A DNA stretch of 41,482 nucleotides from Candidatus Micrarchaeaceae archaeon (GTDB lineage: Archaea; Micrarchaeota; Micrarchaeia; Micrarchaeales; CABMGC01). The position numbers and the translations under genes were made by a program. This document shows, piece by piece, positions 1-10,137 of the stretch. Within the stretch, counting starts at the first letter, position 1, and each line of letters begins with the position of its first letter. The stretch lies in contig JAVYWZ010000007.1 of NCBI GenBank assembly GCA_038877255.1, positions 1 to 41,482 of the forward strand, given 5' to 3'. The notes beneath the pieces were generated by a model, which searched no databases, was not told the origin of the DNA, and worked only from the letters and a program-made list of their open reading frames with translations.

Positions 1-1
1 C

Positions 2-259
2 TCAAAAGGCGTAAAAGACGAGCTAATCAGGCTTTCAAAAAGCAGGAAGCAGATAAGCATTGCTGCAGGATCGGCGTTAAAGGAAATAGCCGCTAACGGC
101 GTAAAAGTGCTCCCGAGCACAGCTGTTCCTGATGCCTGGCTTTTGAATGTTGCAGGCAGTGGTATTTTCATTTGCACTAACGACATTGCATTGAAGCGCA
201 AGTTAAGGAAGAAAGGAGCAAATGTATTTAGTATAACGCGAAGTGGAAAGATTTTATAA
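2..259 (+). CDS. PIN-domain protein (Fcf1/Utp24-like), 3' part only
   Basis: Frame 2 is open from the window edge: SKGVKDELIRLSKS...DAWLL...FICTNDIALKRKLRKKG...TRSGKIL*. The TND..L.R motif and the position directly upstream of rpoE1 match the conserved archaeal PIN-rpoE1-spt4 order. Confidence 0.75.
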   Translation, partial: SKGVKDELIRLSKSRKQISIAAGSALKEIAANGVKVLPSTAVPDAWLLNVAGSGIFICTNDIALKRKLRKKGANVFSITRSGKIL

Positions 260-375
260 TATCAAATCTTCCAGACGTGTGCTAATCGATTACTGTAAAG
301 ATTTGCTTTAATAATAGGGAACAGCGAAAAAGTCGCATACTATGTAATTCGATTTTATCAACAGAATACGCCCTT

Positions 376-392
376 GCGAAAAGATTTATAAG
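376..392 (+). promoter_or_regulatory. BRE + TATA box upstream of rpoE1
   Basis: GCGAAAAGATTTATAAG: purine-rich BRE followed by TTTATAAG, with a GGTGAT RBS before the TTG at 447. Confidence 0.55.
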
Positions 393-446
393 GCATATTA
401 AACATATAATTAAGCAATTCTGTCTGATTTTAGGCATGGTGATTAT

Positions 447-1025
447 TTGTATTATGTAACAACAGTGAAAGACACTGTAAGCATACCCCCTAAGTACATA
501 GGCAAAGACATAACCGACTCTGCAGCTGATATACTTAGAAACAAGTACGAGCGCACAATGGACAGGTCACTGGGCCTTATACTCGCGATATTCAATGTAA
601 GGGATATAAGCGAGGGCTACATACTGCCAGAGGATCCGAATACGCGTCATAAGGTCACTTTTGACGTGCTTTCTTTCTCAACAGAGGTCGAGGAAGTTGT
701 TGTCGGCGAGATTTCAGAGCTCGTTGAGTATGGTGCATTCGTGAGAATTGGTCCTATTGATGCACTTGTGCACCTTTCGCAGATAACAACAGATTTTGTG
801 AGCTTCGATAGAAAATCAGGCATTCTTACATCGAGAAGCCTTGGCCGCAGCCTTAAGAAAGGCGATGTTGTTTATGCAAAAGTATCAACAGTCAGCATGG
901 GCAATTCAGTGCAATCAACTAAGATAGCGCTAACCATGCGCCCCGAAGGCCTAGGCAAGCTCGAATGGCTTTCAGAAACTGCAAAGGGCGCAGGCAGGGT
1001 CAAGAAGCCGAGGCACAGGAAGTAG
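447..1025 (+). CDS. rpoE1: DNA-directed RNA polymerase subunit E' (Rpo7)
   Basis: DTVSIPP N-terminus, S1 domain (YGAFVRIGPIDALVHLSQI), C-terminal LTMRPEGLGKLEW. Confidence 0.95.
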   Translation: MYYVTTVKDTVSIPPKYIGKDITDSAADILRNKYERTMDRSLGLILAIFNVRDISEGYILPEDPNTRHKVTFDVLSFSTEVEEVVVGEISELVEYGAFVRIGPIDALVHLSQITTDFVSFDRKSGILTSRSLGRSLKKGDVVYAKVSTVSMGNSVQSTKIALTMRPEGLGKLEWLSETAKGAGRVKKPRHRK

Positions 1026-1033
1026 GTGCTCGA

Positions 1034-1228
1034 ATGGAAAAGGCATGCCTTAATTGCAGGCACATAATATCGCAAGGCGACGTCTGCCCTATCTGTGGTG
1101 GCACAAAGTTTACAAGCAAGTGGAGCGGCTATGTTGTAATACTTAATGTAGAACGTTCTGAAATTGCGAAAAAACTTGGCATTAGCGTCAATGGCGTTTA
1201 TGCTTTGCACATACAGGAAAAAAGCTAG
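1034..1228 (+). CDS. spt4: Transcription elongation factor Spt4 (RpoE'')
   Basis: MEKACLNCR...CPICG...WSGYVVI...SEIAKKLGI..NGVYAL. ATG at 1034 follows a GGTG RBS. Confidence 0.93.
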   Translation: MEKACLNCRHIISQGDVCPICGGTKFTSKWSGYVVILNVERSEIAKKLGISVNGVYALHIQEKS

Positions 1229-1253
1229 GTGTCTGCTCTATTCGCTAAACGAA

Positions 1254-1970
1254 TTAGTTTAATTGATTGCTTTTTTGCTCTTTCTCTTTGCTTTGTTCAG
1301 CAGGCCTTTCGTAAATGTCTAGTATTTCGACCTTGTTTATGTTTGGCATGTACTTGAAGATGTAGCTTGGCAGTACGCTTTTCCGCGCTTCATACTCTTC
1401 GTTCTTCTCCTTTTCGTCAAGCTCTACGTGCGCCGTACCGTTTGTTATGCTTGCTGTACTCACTTTAGTGCCAAGCTTTTCAGCAACCGCTTTAATTCGG
1501 TCTATGTCACTGTCTATTTTTTCAACTACCTTTATCTCGTAAGTCAGCCTCTCGCCTGCAAGCTCGTTATTCTCATCCACTACTACCCTGCCAGAGTTAA
1601 CGCTCTTTACAATGGCTTCAACGCCGTCTATGTCTAGATGCATGCCCTGATATGGGTCTATGTTTCTTTTCTTGAAGTCGGAAATCGGGATAATGCGCAC
1701 AAGTTTGGGGTCTCGCTCCCCAAAAGCGTCTTTAGGCTCTACTACTATTTTCTTCTCCTCGCCTAATGACATGCTGCGCAGAGCCTCTTCAACACCTTTT
1801 ATTGTGTCGTGCTTGCCTATCACAACAAGCTGCGGCGCATACTTTGCCTGTTCTTCATATATGCCATTTTCTCTTGCAAACCCCTCTTTTGTAGTGCTCA
1901 AAAGTTTATTGTCAGCATTGCGCCATACCGAGTAATCTACTTTTACAAAGTCTCCATCTGCGAAAGCCAA
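1254..1970 (-). CDS. Long-type archaeal FKBP peptidyl-prolyl isomerase (SlyD-like)
   Basis: GDFVKVDY, IKGVEEAL..M..GE, P.DAFGERDP, ELAGERLTYEIKV, plus the archaeal C-terminal domain. Confidence 0.9.
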   Translation of the reverse strand: MAFADGDFVKVDYSVWRNADNKLLSTTKEGFARENGIYEEQAKYAPQLVVIGKHDTIKGVEEALRSMSLGEEKKIVVEPKDAFGERDPKLVRIIPISDFKKRNIDPYQGMHLDIDGVEAIVKSVNSGRVVVDENNELAGERLTYEIKVVEKIDSDIDRIKAVAEKLGTKVSTASITNGTAHVELDEKEKNEEYEARKSVLPSYIFKYMPNINKVEILDIYERPAEQSKEKEQKSNQLN

Positions 1971-2033
1971 TCAATCGCCTCAATGGTTTATTATTTATTC
2001 TTATATTTTAATAAGCATATTGCAACTGATCGC

Positions 2034-2630
2034 ATGGAGAAGAAAAAGCTTATAGAGTTCATAGGCTCGTTGTTTGTGGCGATAATATTCATTTCGTCTT
2101 ATGCTGCCTATGGCATGGGCAGTTCCAGCAGCAACAGCGCGAGCAAGAGCAAGGCAACAAATAGCACGCAACTGATTTATGGCATAGCGTTCACCAACGC
2201 AACAATAACAAATTACACTAATGTATTTTCCATAGCGACAAACTGCATAGGCAAGAGTGCGTTAAAGCTCAACGAGACGCTGGATGCGATGCTTGCAAAC
2301 GGTTCTATAGCCGAGTATTACCAAAGTTCTCCTAATGTTTTTTCAGTTGATTCAGGCAACGAGAGCGCGAACAGCATCCTGCATTACATATATAATTCAT
2401 TTAACTGTGTCAACATTACAGCAGGCGCAGAAATTGAGCTTCCATATAACGCTAGTTTTTATTTTGGCGCATTGGGCCGCAGCATTAAGCTAGCAATACC
2501 TAATGCTTTGCGCATGCATTCTGTAGCAATGTACTTTTCTCCAAATGTAAGCAATATTAATGTGTCAATAGGGGCGCTTTCCAGCGAATACGGTATTATA
2601 AAGAATGTCAGCGTTAGCATCATAAAGTAA
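2034..2630 (+). CDS. Membrane-anchored, probably N-glycosylated hypothetical protein
   Basis: ATG at 2034, N-terminal hydrophobic helix, Ser-rich linker, many N-x-S/T sequons. The longer ORF start overlaps the PPIase. Confidence 0.7.
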   Translation: MEKKKLIEFIGSLFVAIIFISSYAAYGMGSSSSNSASKSKATNSTQLIYGIAFTNATITNYTNVFSIATNCIGKSALKLNETLDAMLANGSIAEYYQSSPNVFSVDSGNESANSILHYIYNSFNCVNITAGAEIELPYNASFYFGALGRSIKLAIPNALRMHSVAMYFSPNVSNINVSIGALSSEYGIIKNVSVSIIK

Positions 2631-2640
2631 TGGTGAAGCA

Positions 2641-4374
2641 GTGTTAAGCGACGAAACAAGAGCACTCGCCTTGAAGTTTGCAGTGAAGAATGCCATTGAT
2701 TATGGAAAGGCAAGCGCCATGCCCGTGCTGAATAGGCTTCTTGCAGAGAACCCTGAGCTTAAAGCCGAGCTTGAAGATGTAGAAAAAGCAGTGGCAGAGA
2801 TAGTTAATAAAGTAAACAGCATGGGCAAAGGCGAGCTGCTTGAGGCATACGCGCCTTACAAAGAGGAATTTGAAGCCAAGGAGCAAAAAAAGAAAGAGCT
2901 TACATCTGCACCGAACATGGAGCTTGAGGGCGCTGTTTTAGGCAATTTTGCAGCAAGATTCCCGCCAGAGCCTAACGGCTACATGCACATAGGCAACGCA
3001 AAGCAGGCTTTCCTGAGCCAAGAATTCGCAAAAAAGTATAAAGGCAAGCTTTTCCTTTATTTTGACGATACAAATCCGGACAAGGATACGCAGGAATTCG
3101 TAGACGCTATAAAGCGGGATACGCAGTGGCTTGGCATAAAGTTTGATGGCGAGTACTATGCTAGCGATATGATAGAGCAGATATATGCATATGCAAAGCA
3201 GCTTCTTGAAAAGGGAAATGCTTATGTCTGTTTCTGCGAAAAAGAAACGATAAACAAAAATAGGGCTGAGCAGCGCGAATGCCAGCACAGAAACCAAACG
3301 CCTGAAGAAAACGTGTCATATTTCGAGCGCATGATAAGTGGCGCGTACAAGGAAGGTGAAGCGGTAGTAAGATTCAAGGGCGACATGCATTCTGTTAACA
3401 CGGTTATGCGCGACCCTGCGCTGCTGCGCATAAAGCTGCACGAGCATTACAGGCAAGGAAGCAAGTATAAGGTGTGGCCGACTTACTATCTCAATACACC
3501 AATAAACGATTCAGTGCATGGTGTAACCGATGCGATAAGAAGCAAGGAGTACGAGCTAAGCGACGACCTTTACAAAGCAGTGCTCTTGGCTCTAGGCCTT
3601 CGCGTCCCCCGCATACATGACATGGCAAGGCTTAGAATAACAGGTACGTCAACGCACAAACGCGAGCTAAAAGAGTTAATAAGCAAGGGCTTTGTCTCAG
3701 GTTATGATGACCCCAGGCTCGTCACAATAGCGGCATTGCGGAGGCGCGGCTTACTGCCAGAGGCAATAAAGCGTTTCGTATTGAGATTCGGAATGAGCAA
3801 AACAGACAGCACTGTAAGTATTGGCATGCTGCTTGCCGAGAACAGGAAGCTTGTTGATGGCATTGCAAAGAGGCTTTTCTTTGTGGCTGAGCCATTTGCA
3901 ATAGAGGTTGCAGGTCTGAAAAACAACGAGGCGCGATTGAGGCTTCATCCTACTGCCGAACTGGGATTCAGGGCTTATTCTGTTTCTAGCAGGTTCTACA
4001 TAGAGAAGCGAGATGCGGCAAAGCTTTCGCTTGGCGCTGTTTTCTGTTTGAAAGATTTTGCCTGCGTTAAGGTTATAAAGATTAGCGATAATATGTTAGA
4101 AACCAGTTTCGTTGAGCCTAGCCGCGAGATACTGGCTAGTGCGCCAAAGCTTCAATGGCTAAGTGAAGGAAATTACATGAAATGCAGAATAGAGCTTATA
4201 GGTCAGTTGCTTGTAAATGGCAAATACAATAGCAATAGCATTGTGATTAAGCATGGCATAGTGGAGAATTATGCGCTAAAACTTCAGGAAGGCGAAGTTG
4301 TAAATTTTGAGCGCATGGGCTTTTTCAAGCTTGACAAGAAAGAGCAAGAAGAGCCTATCTTTCTCAGCCTTTAG
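2641..4374 (+). CDS. gltX: Glutamyl-tRNA synthetase (archaeal type)
   Basis: RFPPEPNGYMHIGN (HIGH variant), FDDTNP, MRDP, DDPRLVT..LRRRG, FERMGF. Confidence 0.96.
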   Translation: MLSDETRALALKFAVKNAIDYGKASAMPVLNRLLAENPELKAELEDVEKAVAEIVNKVNSMGKGELLEAYAPYKEEFEAKEQKKKELTSAPNMELEGAVLGNFAARFPPEPNGYMHIGNAKQAFLSQEFAKKYKGKLFLYFDDTNPDKDTQEFVDAIKRDTQWLGIKFDGEYYASDMIEQIYAYAKQLLEKGNAYVCFCEKETINKNRAEQRECQHRNQTPEENVSYFERMISGAYKEGEAVVRFKGDMHSVNTVMRDPALLRIKLHEHYRQGSKYKVWPTYYLNTPINDSVHGVTDAIRSKEYELSDDLYKAVLLALGLRVPRIHDMARLRITGTSTHKRELKELISKGFVSGYDDPRLVTIAALRRRGLLPEAIKRFVLRFGMSKTDSTVSIGMLLAENRKLVDGIAKRLFFVAEPFAIEVAGLKNNEARLRLHPTAELGFRAYSVSSRFYIEKRDAAKLSLGAVFCLKDFACVKVIKISDNMLETSFVEPSREILASAPKLQWLSEGNYMKCRIELIGQLLVNGKYNSNSIVIKHGIVENYALKLQEGEVVNFERMGFFKLDKKEQEEPIFLSL

Positions 4375-4382
4375 GTGCATGC

Positions 4383-5018
4383 ATGCAAAGTATGATTGAA
4401 GAACCAGGGTTCAATACAATAGAAAAGGCAGCGGTAATGAAAGTAATGCGCGAAGCGATTCAGGCCGAGCTTGCAGATTCAAGCGCGCAGAAGGCGCAGA
4501 TAACGCTGCTTAATGTAAGCGCGCATTTAAAAGCAATCGCTGAACTAATCGGATCTGGCGATTACGAAGCGATGTGTGCGCATAGGCTCACCCACAACAT
4601 AAAACATATGCATGCCAAAGAACAGCAAGCATACCTTGGCGCAATAGAATCCTTCGCTAAAGCTTACTCTCTTGTTTATTCTAACAAGAAGCTGTTGCTT
4701 CTTATGCTTTATGGAATAGCCCACACGACAAACAGTGCAGATGCAGTTTCGCAGTATACTTCAGAGCTTTACTCTGTGCTTAGGCAAAGAAGGGAAAGGC
4801 TCATAAAGAGGGCATCTGCAGAGTCAGAGACGCTTGAAAGCATAAGGCACGAGCTAGAATCTAACAGTAACGTGTTGGCTAAGCTTTTCAAGAGAGGCAG
4901 AATCAGGCGCCTTAAGCGCAGGCTCTCTGCAAAGACAGCAAGGGTAGCAAGGCTTGAAAAGAGCATAGCACGATATGAGGAAAAGGCCCGAAGCATAGGA
5001 ATGATGCTTTACAAATAA
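4383..5018 (+). CDS. Hypothetical helical protein with a basic coiled-coil C-terminus
   Basis: 211-aa ORF 8 nt after gltX with a GGTG RBS; no recognisable motif. Confidence 0.65.
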   Translation: MQSMIEEPGFNTIEKAAVMKVMREAIQAELADSSAQKAQITLLNVSAHLKAIAELIGSGDYEAMCAHRLTHNIKHMHAKEQQAYLGAIESFAKAYSLVYSNKKLLLLMLYGIAHTTNSADAVSQYTSELYSVLRQRRERLIKRASAESETLESIRHELESNSNVLAKLFKRGRIRRLKRRLSAKTARVARLEKSIARYEEKARSIGMMLYK

Positions 5019-5061
5019 TGTGCAGGGCGCATGCTTGTAATAATTTTTCGTTGCAATTTAT

Positions 5062-5604
5062 AAAAGTGAGCGGGAAAACATATCATTCAGATAGGGGATG
5101 AGAGCTAACCGCAGAAATGTGCAGAAATGCATATAAATTTTGAGACGCATAAGACCATAACCATGATCGTCATGAAAACTACATATAAATACCGTGCATA
5201 TCCTTCAAAGGAGCAAAAGGCAAAATTGGATAGTCAAATGTTCCTCGCAAAAAATCTCTACAATCTTCTTCTTGAAAAATCGAAAGCGCATTACAAAGAA
5301 ACAGGGAAGACGCTCACTAAATGCGGAAACGTGCAGGAAATGCTTCTGAACAAAAGAACATTCATATGCGAAAAATGCGGAAATAAGGAAGACAGGGACA
5401 TAAATGCATCAATGAATATACTCGAGCGAGGAATAAGCGCAAGAGCTACCGAAGGACATTCGGGAAGTCAAGCCTGTGGAGACGATGTAAGACCTTCTGC
5501 AATGAAGGCAGTTGCCGACGAAGCAGGAACTATACGGGTGGCATCATGACAATCAATCAGGCCACTCTGGAAGCTCCCAACCTTCAGTTGGGAGAGGATG
5601 TCAC
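5062..5604 (+). mobile_element. Non-autonomous IS200/IS605 (IS1341-like) derivative
   Basis: Left-end motif GTGAGCGGGAA...GGGGATGAGAGC resembles the left end at 40021. The right end has GAAG + hairpin CTCCCAAC/GTTGGGAG + GGATGTCAC ending at 5604. A truncated tnpB lies between them. Confidence 0.85.
5172..5549 (+). pseudogene. tnpB: Internally deleted tnpB (N-terminal HTH fused in frame to Zn-ribbon/RuvC-III)
   Basis: YKYRAYPSKEQ...LYNLLL (TnpB N-terminus) is joined near 5320 to KCGN...RTFICEKCG..DRDINASMNI (TnpB C-terminus). RuvC-I and RuvC-II are missing. Confidence 0.88.
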
Positions 5605-5616
5605 AAAGGTGCAATT

Positions 5617-6660
5617 ATGAAGTATTCTTTGCGTTGCGTCTCTTGCGGCGCAAGATTCTCAAAAACCAAAAGCCAGATTTGCCCAAAATGCGGCGGTCTG
5701 CTTGAAGTAGAATATGAACGCAATGCAATAGTTGATCATATCAAAAGCTTTTGGGACCTTGAGCCTGTATTGCCAAATGGCCATTACAAGCACTTCGTAG
5801 TAGGCAACACAACTTTAGTAGAATCAGAAAAGAGGGATTTGCTGCTCAAGCTTGAAACACTAAATCCTACACACTCGTTCAAGGATCGCGGTTCAGTAAT
5901 AGAAGTAGCAAAGGCAAAGGAATACGGCTATAAAGAAATTGTGTGTGCTTCTACCGGAAACATGGCCTACTCAATTTCATATTTCGCAAAGCTATATGGA
6001 ATAAGGTCTGTCATTTTCATAAGCAAGGGCGCAAACAAGGATAAGCTGATCGATATAAAAATGACACACGATTCAGAACTGCACCTTATAAACGGCGATT
6101 TTACAAAAGCCCAGAAAGACGCAGAGCAATATGCAGAGAACAACAGCGCGTTTCTCGCCGGCGATTATTGCTACAGGAAGGAAGGCCAGTCTACAATTGG
6201 CTTCGAGCTTTTTTACCAACACGGAGAAATAAATAATATAATAATGCCCATAGGAAACGGCACGCTTTTCAGCGCGGTCTACAAAGCGTATTCGCGGATT
6301 AAAAATGCCGATGCAATTGAAAAGCTTCCAAGACTCATAGGCGTGCAGGCGAGCCTGTGTGCCCCTCTGGCTCACGCAGCCCATGGTGGGATAAAATACG
6401 AGAAGCCTAGAACAAAAGCCGACGCAATAGCGGTTGGCTATCCGACATATGGTACCCAGGTTTTGGATGCGATAAAACATACAAGCGGCGCATTAATTAC
6501 AGTAACTGATTCGGAAATGGTGCATTGGCAAAAGAAGTTTTACGCTTCATATGGCATACTTGCCGAGCTTGCCGGCGTTGCGAGCATGGCAGCATATGCA
6601 AGAATCGCCAGCAGGCTAAAGGGCAAAACAGCTGTTCTTATAACAGGTGCAAACCTCTGA
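5617..6660 (+). CDS. thrC: Threonine synthase (PLP fold type II)
   Basis: N-terminal CxxC..CPKCGG, NPTHSFKDRG (PLP lysine), CASTGN, GNG loop, ITG end. ATG at 5617 follows AAGGTG. Confidence 0.85.
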   Translation: MKYSLRCVSCGARFSKTKSQICPKCGGLLEVEYERNAIVDHIKSFWDLEPVLPNGHYKHFVVGNTTLVESEKRDLLLKLETLNPTHSFKDRGSVIEVAKAKEYGYKEIVCASTGNMAYSISYFAKLYGIRSVIFISKGANKDKLIDIKMTHDSELHLINGDFTKAQKDAEQYAENNSAFLAGDYCYRKEGQSTIGFELFYQHGEINNIIMPIGNGTLFSAVYKAYSRIKNADAIEKLPRLIGVQASLCAPLAHAAHGGIKYEKPRTKADAIAVGYPTYGTQVLDAIKHTSGALITVTDSEMVHWQKKFYASYGILAELAGVASMAAYARIASRLKGKTAVLITGANL

Positions 6661-6694
6661 TTGCGCATTAACCCACATATGCTAGTAAAAAGTG

Positions 6695-7279
6695 TTAGAC
6701 CTGCCATGCCTTTTTTATCTCTTCAGAGCTTGCAAGCATAAGCAGCTTTTGCATATTAGCAAGAGACCTTTCGTGGGCTTCTTTGTCTCCAGAAGATACT
6801 GCATCTTTCGCTACAACAACGTAAAAGCCCCTGTTCAGCGCGTCTCTGGCAGTAGACTCTACACCTATTTCAGTGGCTATTCCAGTAAGCACAATGGTTT
6901 CTATGCCTGCATTTCTAGCCATGAGCTCGAAGTTTGTGCCTACAAAAATGCTCGCTGTATTCTTGTTTATCACGGTTTCTCCTTCTTCTGGCTGAATGGC
7001 GAGCTCAAACATGCTTCTGTCATTGCCAATCGGGCCCCAGTATCTCGCCATGGCTAGCCTTGCGCCTGATTCAAACTTCTCAGGCAATGGGGTTATTTTC
7101 GTAAAGAATACAGGCACTCCTGCGTTCCTTGCAGTTTCTACAAGGCTCTGAATGTTTTTCATGAACTCTTCTCGATTGAAGATGTGTTCTACAAGCATTT
7201 TCTGTACATCCCAGACTACCAAAGCCGTGTGCTCCGGAGAAACCACTTCATCTATTTTGAAATAAACCTTTTTCTCCAT
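6695..7279 (-). CDS. Isochorismatase/cysteine-hydrolase family protein (YecD-like)
   Basis: [35 protein letters not shown]. Confidence 0.88.
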   Translation of the reverse strand: MEKKVYFKIDEVVSPEHTALVVWDVQKMLVEHIFNREEFMKNIQSLVETARNAGVPVFFTKITPLPEKFESGARLAMARYWGPIGNDRSMFELAIQPEEGETVINKNTASIFVGTNFELMARNAGIETIVLTGIATEIGVESTARDALNRGFYVVVAKDAVSSGDKEAHERSLANMQKLLMLASSEEIKKAWQV

Positions 7280-7406
7280 AAAACCACCATTTTTATTTAT
7301 GACATATACTTATTTATTGCCATTTTATTATGTACATGCTATATGCAAACCAATTTCGCTTTTTATGCGATGCATATTTATTGCTTTTTAGCGCAGGTTT
7401 AGAAGC

Positions 7407-8786
7407 ATGAAAGAAGACCTTTCAGAATATGTGCTTAAAATTGCAGAATCCAATGCTCAGTACGCAGAGGTTTACTCTGAAGAATCTGTTTTTCGTTCTT
7501 TTGCAGTTGAGCAAGGCATGATAAATGGAGGCAGTTATGCCAAAAGCACGGGCATGCGTGTTCGCATGCTTAAAGACAATAGGCTCTATACATTTTCGAC
7601 CAACAAGCCCAACAAAAAAATACTTAGAAGTGCAATCTCTTCTTTCCATGGATTTAGGGGCTTCGACTATGGTTTGTCTGAGGAAAAGCCCGAAAAGGCA
7701 ATTTATGCTGTACCGGAAAGAGAAAAAATAGAAAACGCAGACATGCTAACAGATGTGCTCTACATAGACAAGGCCCTTGCCGGTGAGAAAAGCATAAAGT
7801 ACAGAAACATATACGGCTCCTTGGGCTTTTCAGACACTTACTACATAAACTCCGAAGGATCTTCTATACGTGCGCATATTCCTATCGTTACCTCTTTTAT
7901 AAGAATTGTAGTTGGCAATGGTAAAAACACAAGAGCACGCTACATGCAGTTTGGAGGCACGGGCGGCTACGAGCTCTTCAATGCAGAAAGTGTAAAAAAA
8001 GAGTTGCTAGCTTCTGCAAAGAGCATGCAGATTATAACTGAAAAAGGCATTTCGCTAAGCAGCAGCGCCCTAAAGCGCGTAAAGAATGTTGTAATATCTT
8101 CTGAAATAGCAGGCATAGCAGTCCATGAAAGCGTGGGGCATCCGAGTGAAGCAGATAGGGTTTTTGGCAGAGAAGCGGCACAGGCCGGCACAAGCTACCT
8201 TTCGCAAAATCTTGGTATGCGCATAGGAAGCCAAGCCGTAACAATAATCGATGATCCGACAATAAACAATTCGTTTGGCTTCTACCTTTATGACGATGAA
8301 GGAGTGAGGGCAAGGCCCAAGGTGCTCGTAGATAAGGGATTGCATAAGGAACTGCTGCTGAATAGAGAGTACGCAAAGATGCTTGGTACCAAGAGCAACG
8401 GCTCTGCAAGAAGCGACTCTTATTCAAACGAACCTATAGTGCGCATGTCAAACACATATCTTAAGAAAGGCAATGCAACTTTCAGCGAGCTTCTCAGCGA
8501 AGCAAGGAACGGAATATATGTGAAGAGCTTTACAGAATGGAATATTGACGATACAAGGAGCTTTGCACGCTATCAGGGCAACGAGGCTTATTTGATAAAA
8601 GATGGAGAGCTCAGTGTACCTGTGAAAAATTTTGTGCTAGAAAAGACAACAAGCTCGTTTTGGAGCGCTGTTGCTCTTGTCGGAAATGATTTCAATCTGT
8701 GGCTAGGAACTTGTGGCAAGGGCGAGCCTGAGCAGGGCGTGCCCGTTACGATGGGCGGCGCCTCAGCCCTGCTAAAATTTGGGTGA
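7407..8786 (+). CDS. tldD: TldD metalloprotease subunit
   Basis: HESVGHPSEAD (HExxxH), YDDEGV, RMSNT, CGKG.P.Q.VPV..GG. Confidence 0.93.
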   Translation: MKEDLSEYVLKIAESNAQYAEVYSEESVFRSFAVEQGMINGGSYAKSTGMRVRMLKDNRLYTFSTNKPNKKILRSAISSFHGFRGFDYGLSEEKPEKAIYAVPEREKIENADMLTDVLYIDKALAGEKSIKYRNIYGSLGFSDTYYINSEGSSIRAHIPIVTSFIRIVVGNGKNTRARYMQFGGTGGYELFNAESVKKELLASAKSMQIITEKGISLSSSALKRVKNVVISSEIAGIAVHESVGHPSEADRVFGREAAQAGTSYLSQNLGMRIGSQAVTIIDDPTINNSFGFYLYDDEGVRARPKVLVDKGLHKELLLNREYAKMLGTKSNGSARSDSYSNEPIVRMSNTYLKKGNATFSELLSEARNGIYVKSFTEWNIDDTRSFARYQGNEAYLIKDGELSVPVKNFVLEKTTSSFWSAVALVGNDFNLWLGTCGKGEPEQGVPVTMGGASALLKFG

Positions 8787-8790
8787 TCGT

Positions 8791-10137
8791 TTGCATGCTG
8801 AACAAATCGTAAAAAAGGCTATTGCTTCTGGACTTGACGAGGCAGTCGCTACTGTGTACAGGTATAGAAGAGCCTATATGAAAATTGCGAATTCAAAGAT
8901 AGACTCACTGGTGAAAAAATACAGTGAAGGAGCGTATCTTTTTGTATCAAGCAAGAAGCGTGTTTTATTTACTAACATAGATGACCTTAGCGAGCTAAGC
9001 ATTGCAAAAGGCATAAAAAACGCTAAGTATTTGGTAGAAAAGGAAAAACCCAAAGACGACTATTATGGCATTGCTGACGGGCCATTCAAATACATGAACA
9101 AAGAACCCATTTACGACAATAAGCTTGCGCATGCTGATGATGCAGCGCTTTCTGATATAGCTGAAAAGTCCTTGTACAACGTGCTAGACTCAGGCGCGAG
9201 CAGCGTAGCAGGCATAGTAGTCGTAGGCAGCAGCAGCGAGGAGATGGCTACAAGTAAGGGCGTCGGCGTTGAAGGCAAAGCCACATACATGCGGCTTTCG
9301 CTAAGGGCATTTTTTGGAACTGTGTCTGTGCAAGATACTATTGCAAGCAGGAGCTTAAGCGGAATAAACCATAAAGAGCTCTCAGACAGGCTGGCGACCA
9401 CCGCGCTTGGAATAAATAAATTTGGCAGGATAAGTGCGGGCATTTACGACACCATATACGCGCCTTCTCCTGCAGGCCTTATCTTTTCAAATGTAAATTC
9501 TATGGCATGCATGGGCTCTGTAGAGACTGGTAGCCCATTCATCGGCAAGCTCGGCAAGCAAGTTGCAAACAATGGTCTTAGCATTTACGATGACGGCATA
9601 AGACAAGATGCGGTTAATTCATCATTGTATGATGCAGAAGGGGTTCCTTCACAGAGAACTCTTTTGATAAAGAATGGCGTTCTGCAAACTTATTTGCACA
9701 ATTATTCTACTGCTGTTAAGTACAAAACCAAGAGCACAGGCAACGCCGGACTTGTAGAGCCCACACCAAACACTGCAGAGCTTGAGCATAAGAACAACAA
9801 GAAAGACCTTTATGCATTGATGCAAGAGTTAGGCAAAGGCATTCTGATAACAAATATATGGTATTTGAGATTTAGCAATGACGTCACTGGTAGTTTCTCG
9901 GTAGTGCCAAGGGATCTTGCAATTTATATAGAGCATGGAGAGCCAAAGTTTGCCATAAAGCATATCGCCGGAACAGAAGCAACAGGAATAAGAATAAGCG
10001 ATAACATAATCAGAACACTACTAAACACTGAAGCCACCGGAGGCAAGGCTGTTCAGTCAACTTCGTGGGATGCTGAAGGCTATTACTATTATATGCCTTA
10101 TGTGCTCGTGCGTGGCGTAAGGTTTACCGTAGCATAA
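8791..10137 (+). CDS. pmbA: TldE/PmbA non-catalytic subunit
   Basis: YDAEGVP, STGNAG, no HExxxH; directly follows tldD. TTG at 8791 follows GGTGAT (the ORF is open from 8779). Confidence 0.88.
   Translation: MHAEQIVKKAIASGLDEAVATVYRYRRAYMKIANSKIDSLVKKYSEGAYLFVSSKKRVLFTNIDDLSELSIAKGIKNAKYLVEKEKPKDDYYGIADGPFKYMNKEPIYDNKLAHADDAALSDIAEKSLYNVLDSGASSVAGIVVVGSSSEEMATSKGVGVEGKATYMRLSLRAFFGTVSVQDTIASRSLSGINHKELSDRLATTALGINKFGRISAGIYDTIYAPSPAGLIFSNVNSMACMGSVETGSPFIGKLGKQVANNGLSIYDDGIRQDAVNSSLYDAEGVPSQRTLLIKNGVLQTYLHNYSTAVKYKTKSTGNAGLVEPTPNTAELEHKNNKKDLYALMQELGKGILITNIWYLRFSNDVTGSFSVVPRDLAIYIEHGEPKFAIKHIAGTEATGIRISDNIIRTLLNTEATGGKAVQSTSWDAEGYYYYMPYVLVRGVRFTVA

Noticed and set aside
2641..4374. GluRS HIGN and STHKR variants of HIGH/KMSKS
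   Set aside because: Degenerate versions of these motifs are common in archaeal GluRS and GlnRS-like enzymes.
5512..5616. 35-aa N-terminal extension of thrC in the ORF track
   Set aside because: It is IS right-end sequence read in frame; the ATG at 5617 has its own RBS.
6695..7279. Isochorismatase-family protein has TEIGV where the catalytic Cys is expected
   Set aside because: The IGVESTAR pattern is the known YecD-like subfamily signature, so it is not novel.
7407..10137. tldD/pmbA together with the radical SAM genes as a RiPP cluster
   Set aside because: The genes are more than 15 kb apart, no precursor peptide or YcaO is seen, and TldDE is widespread in archaea.
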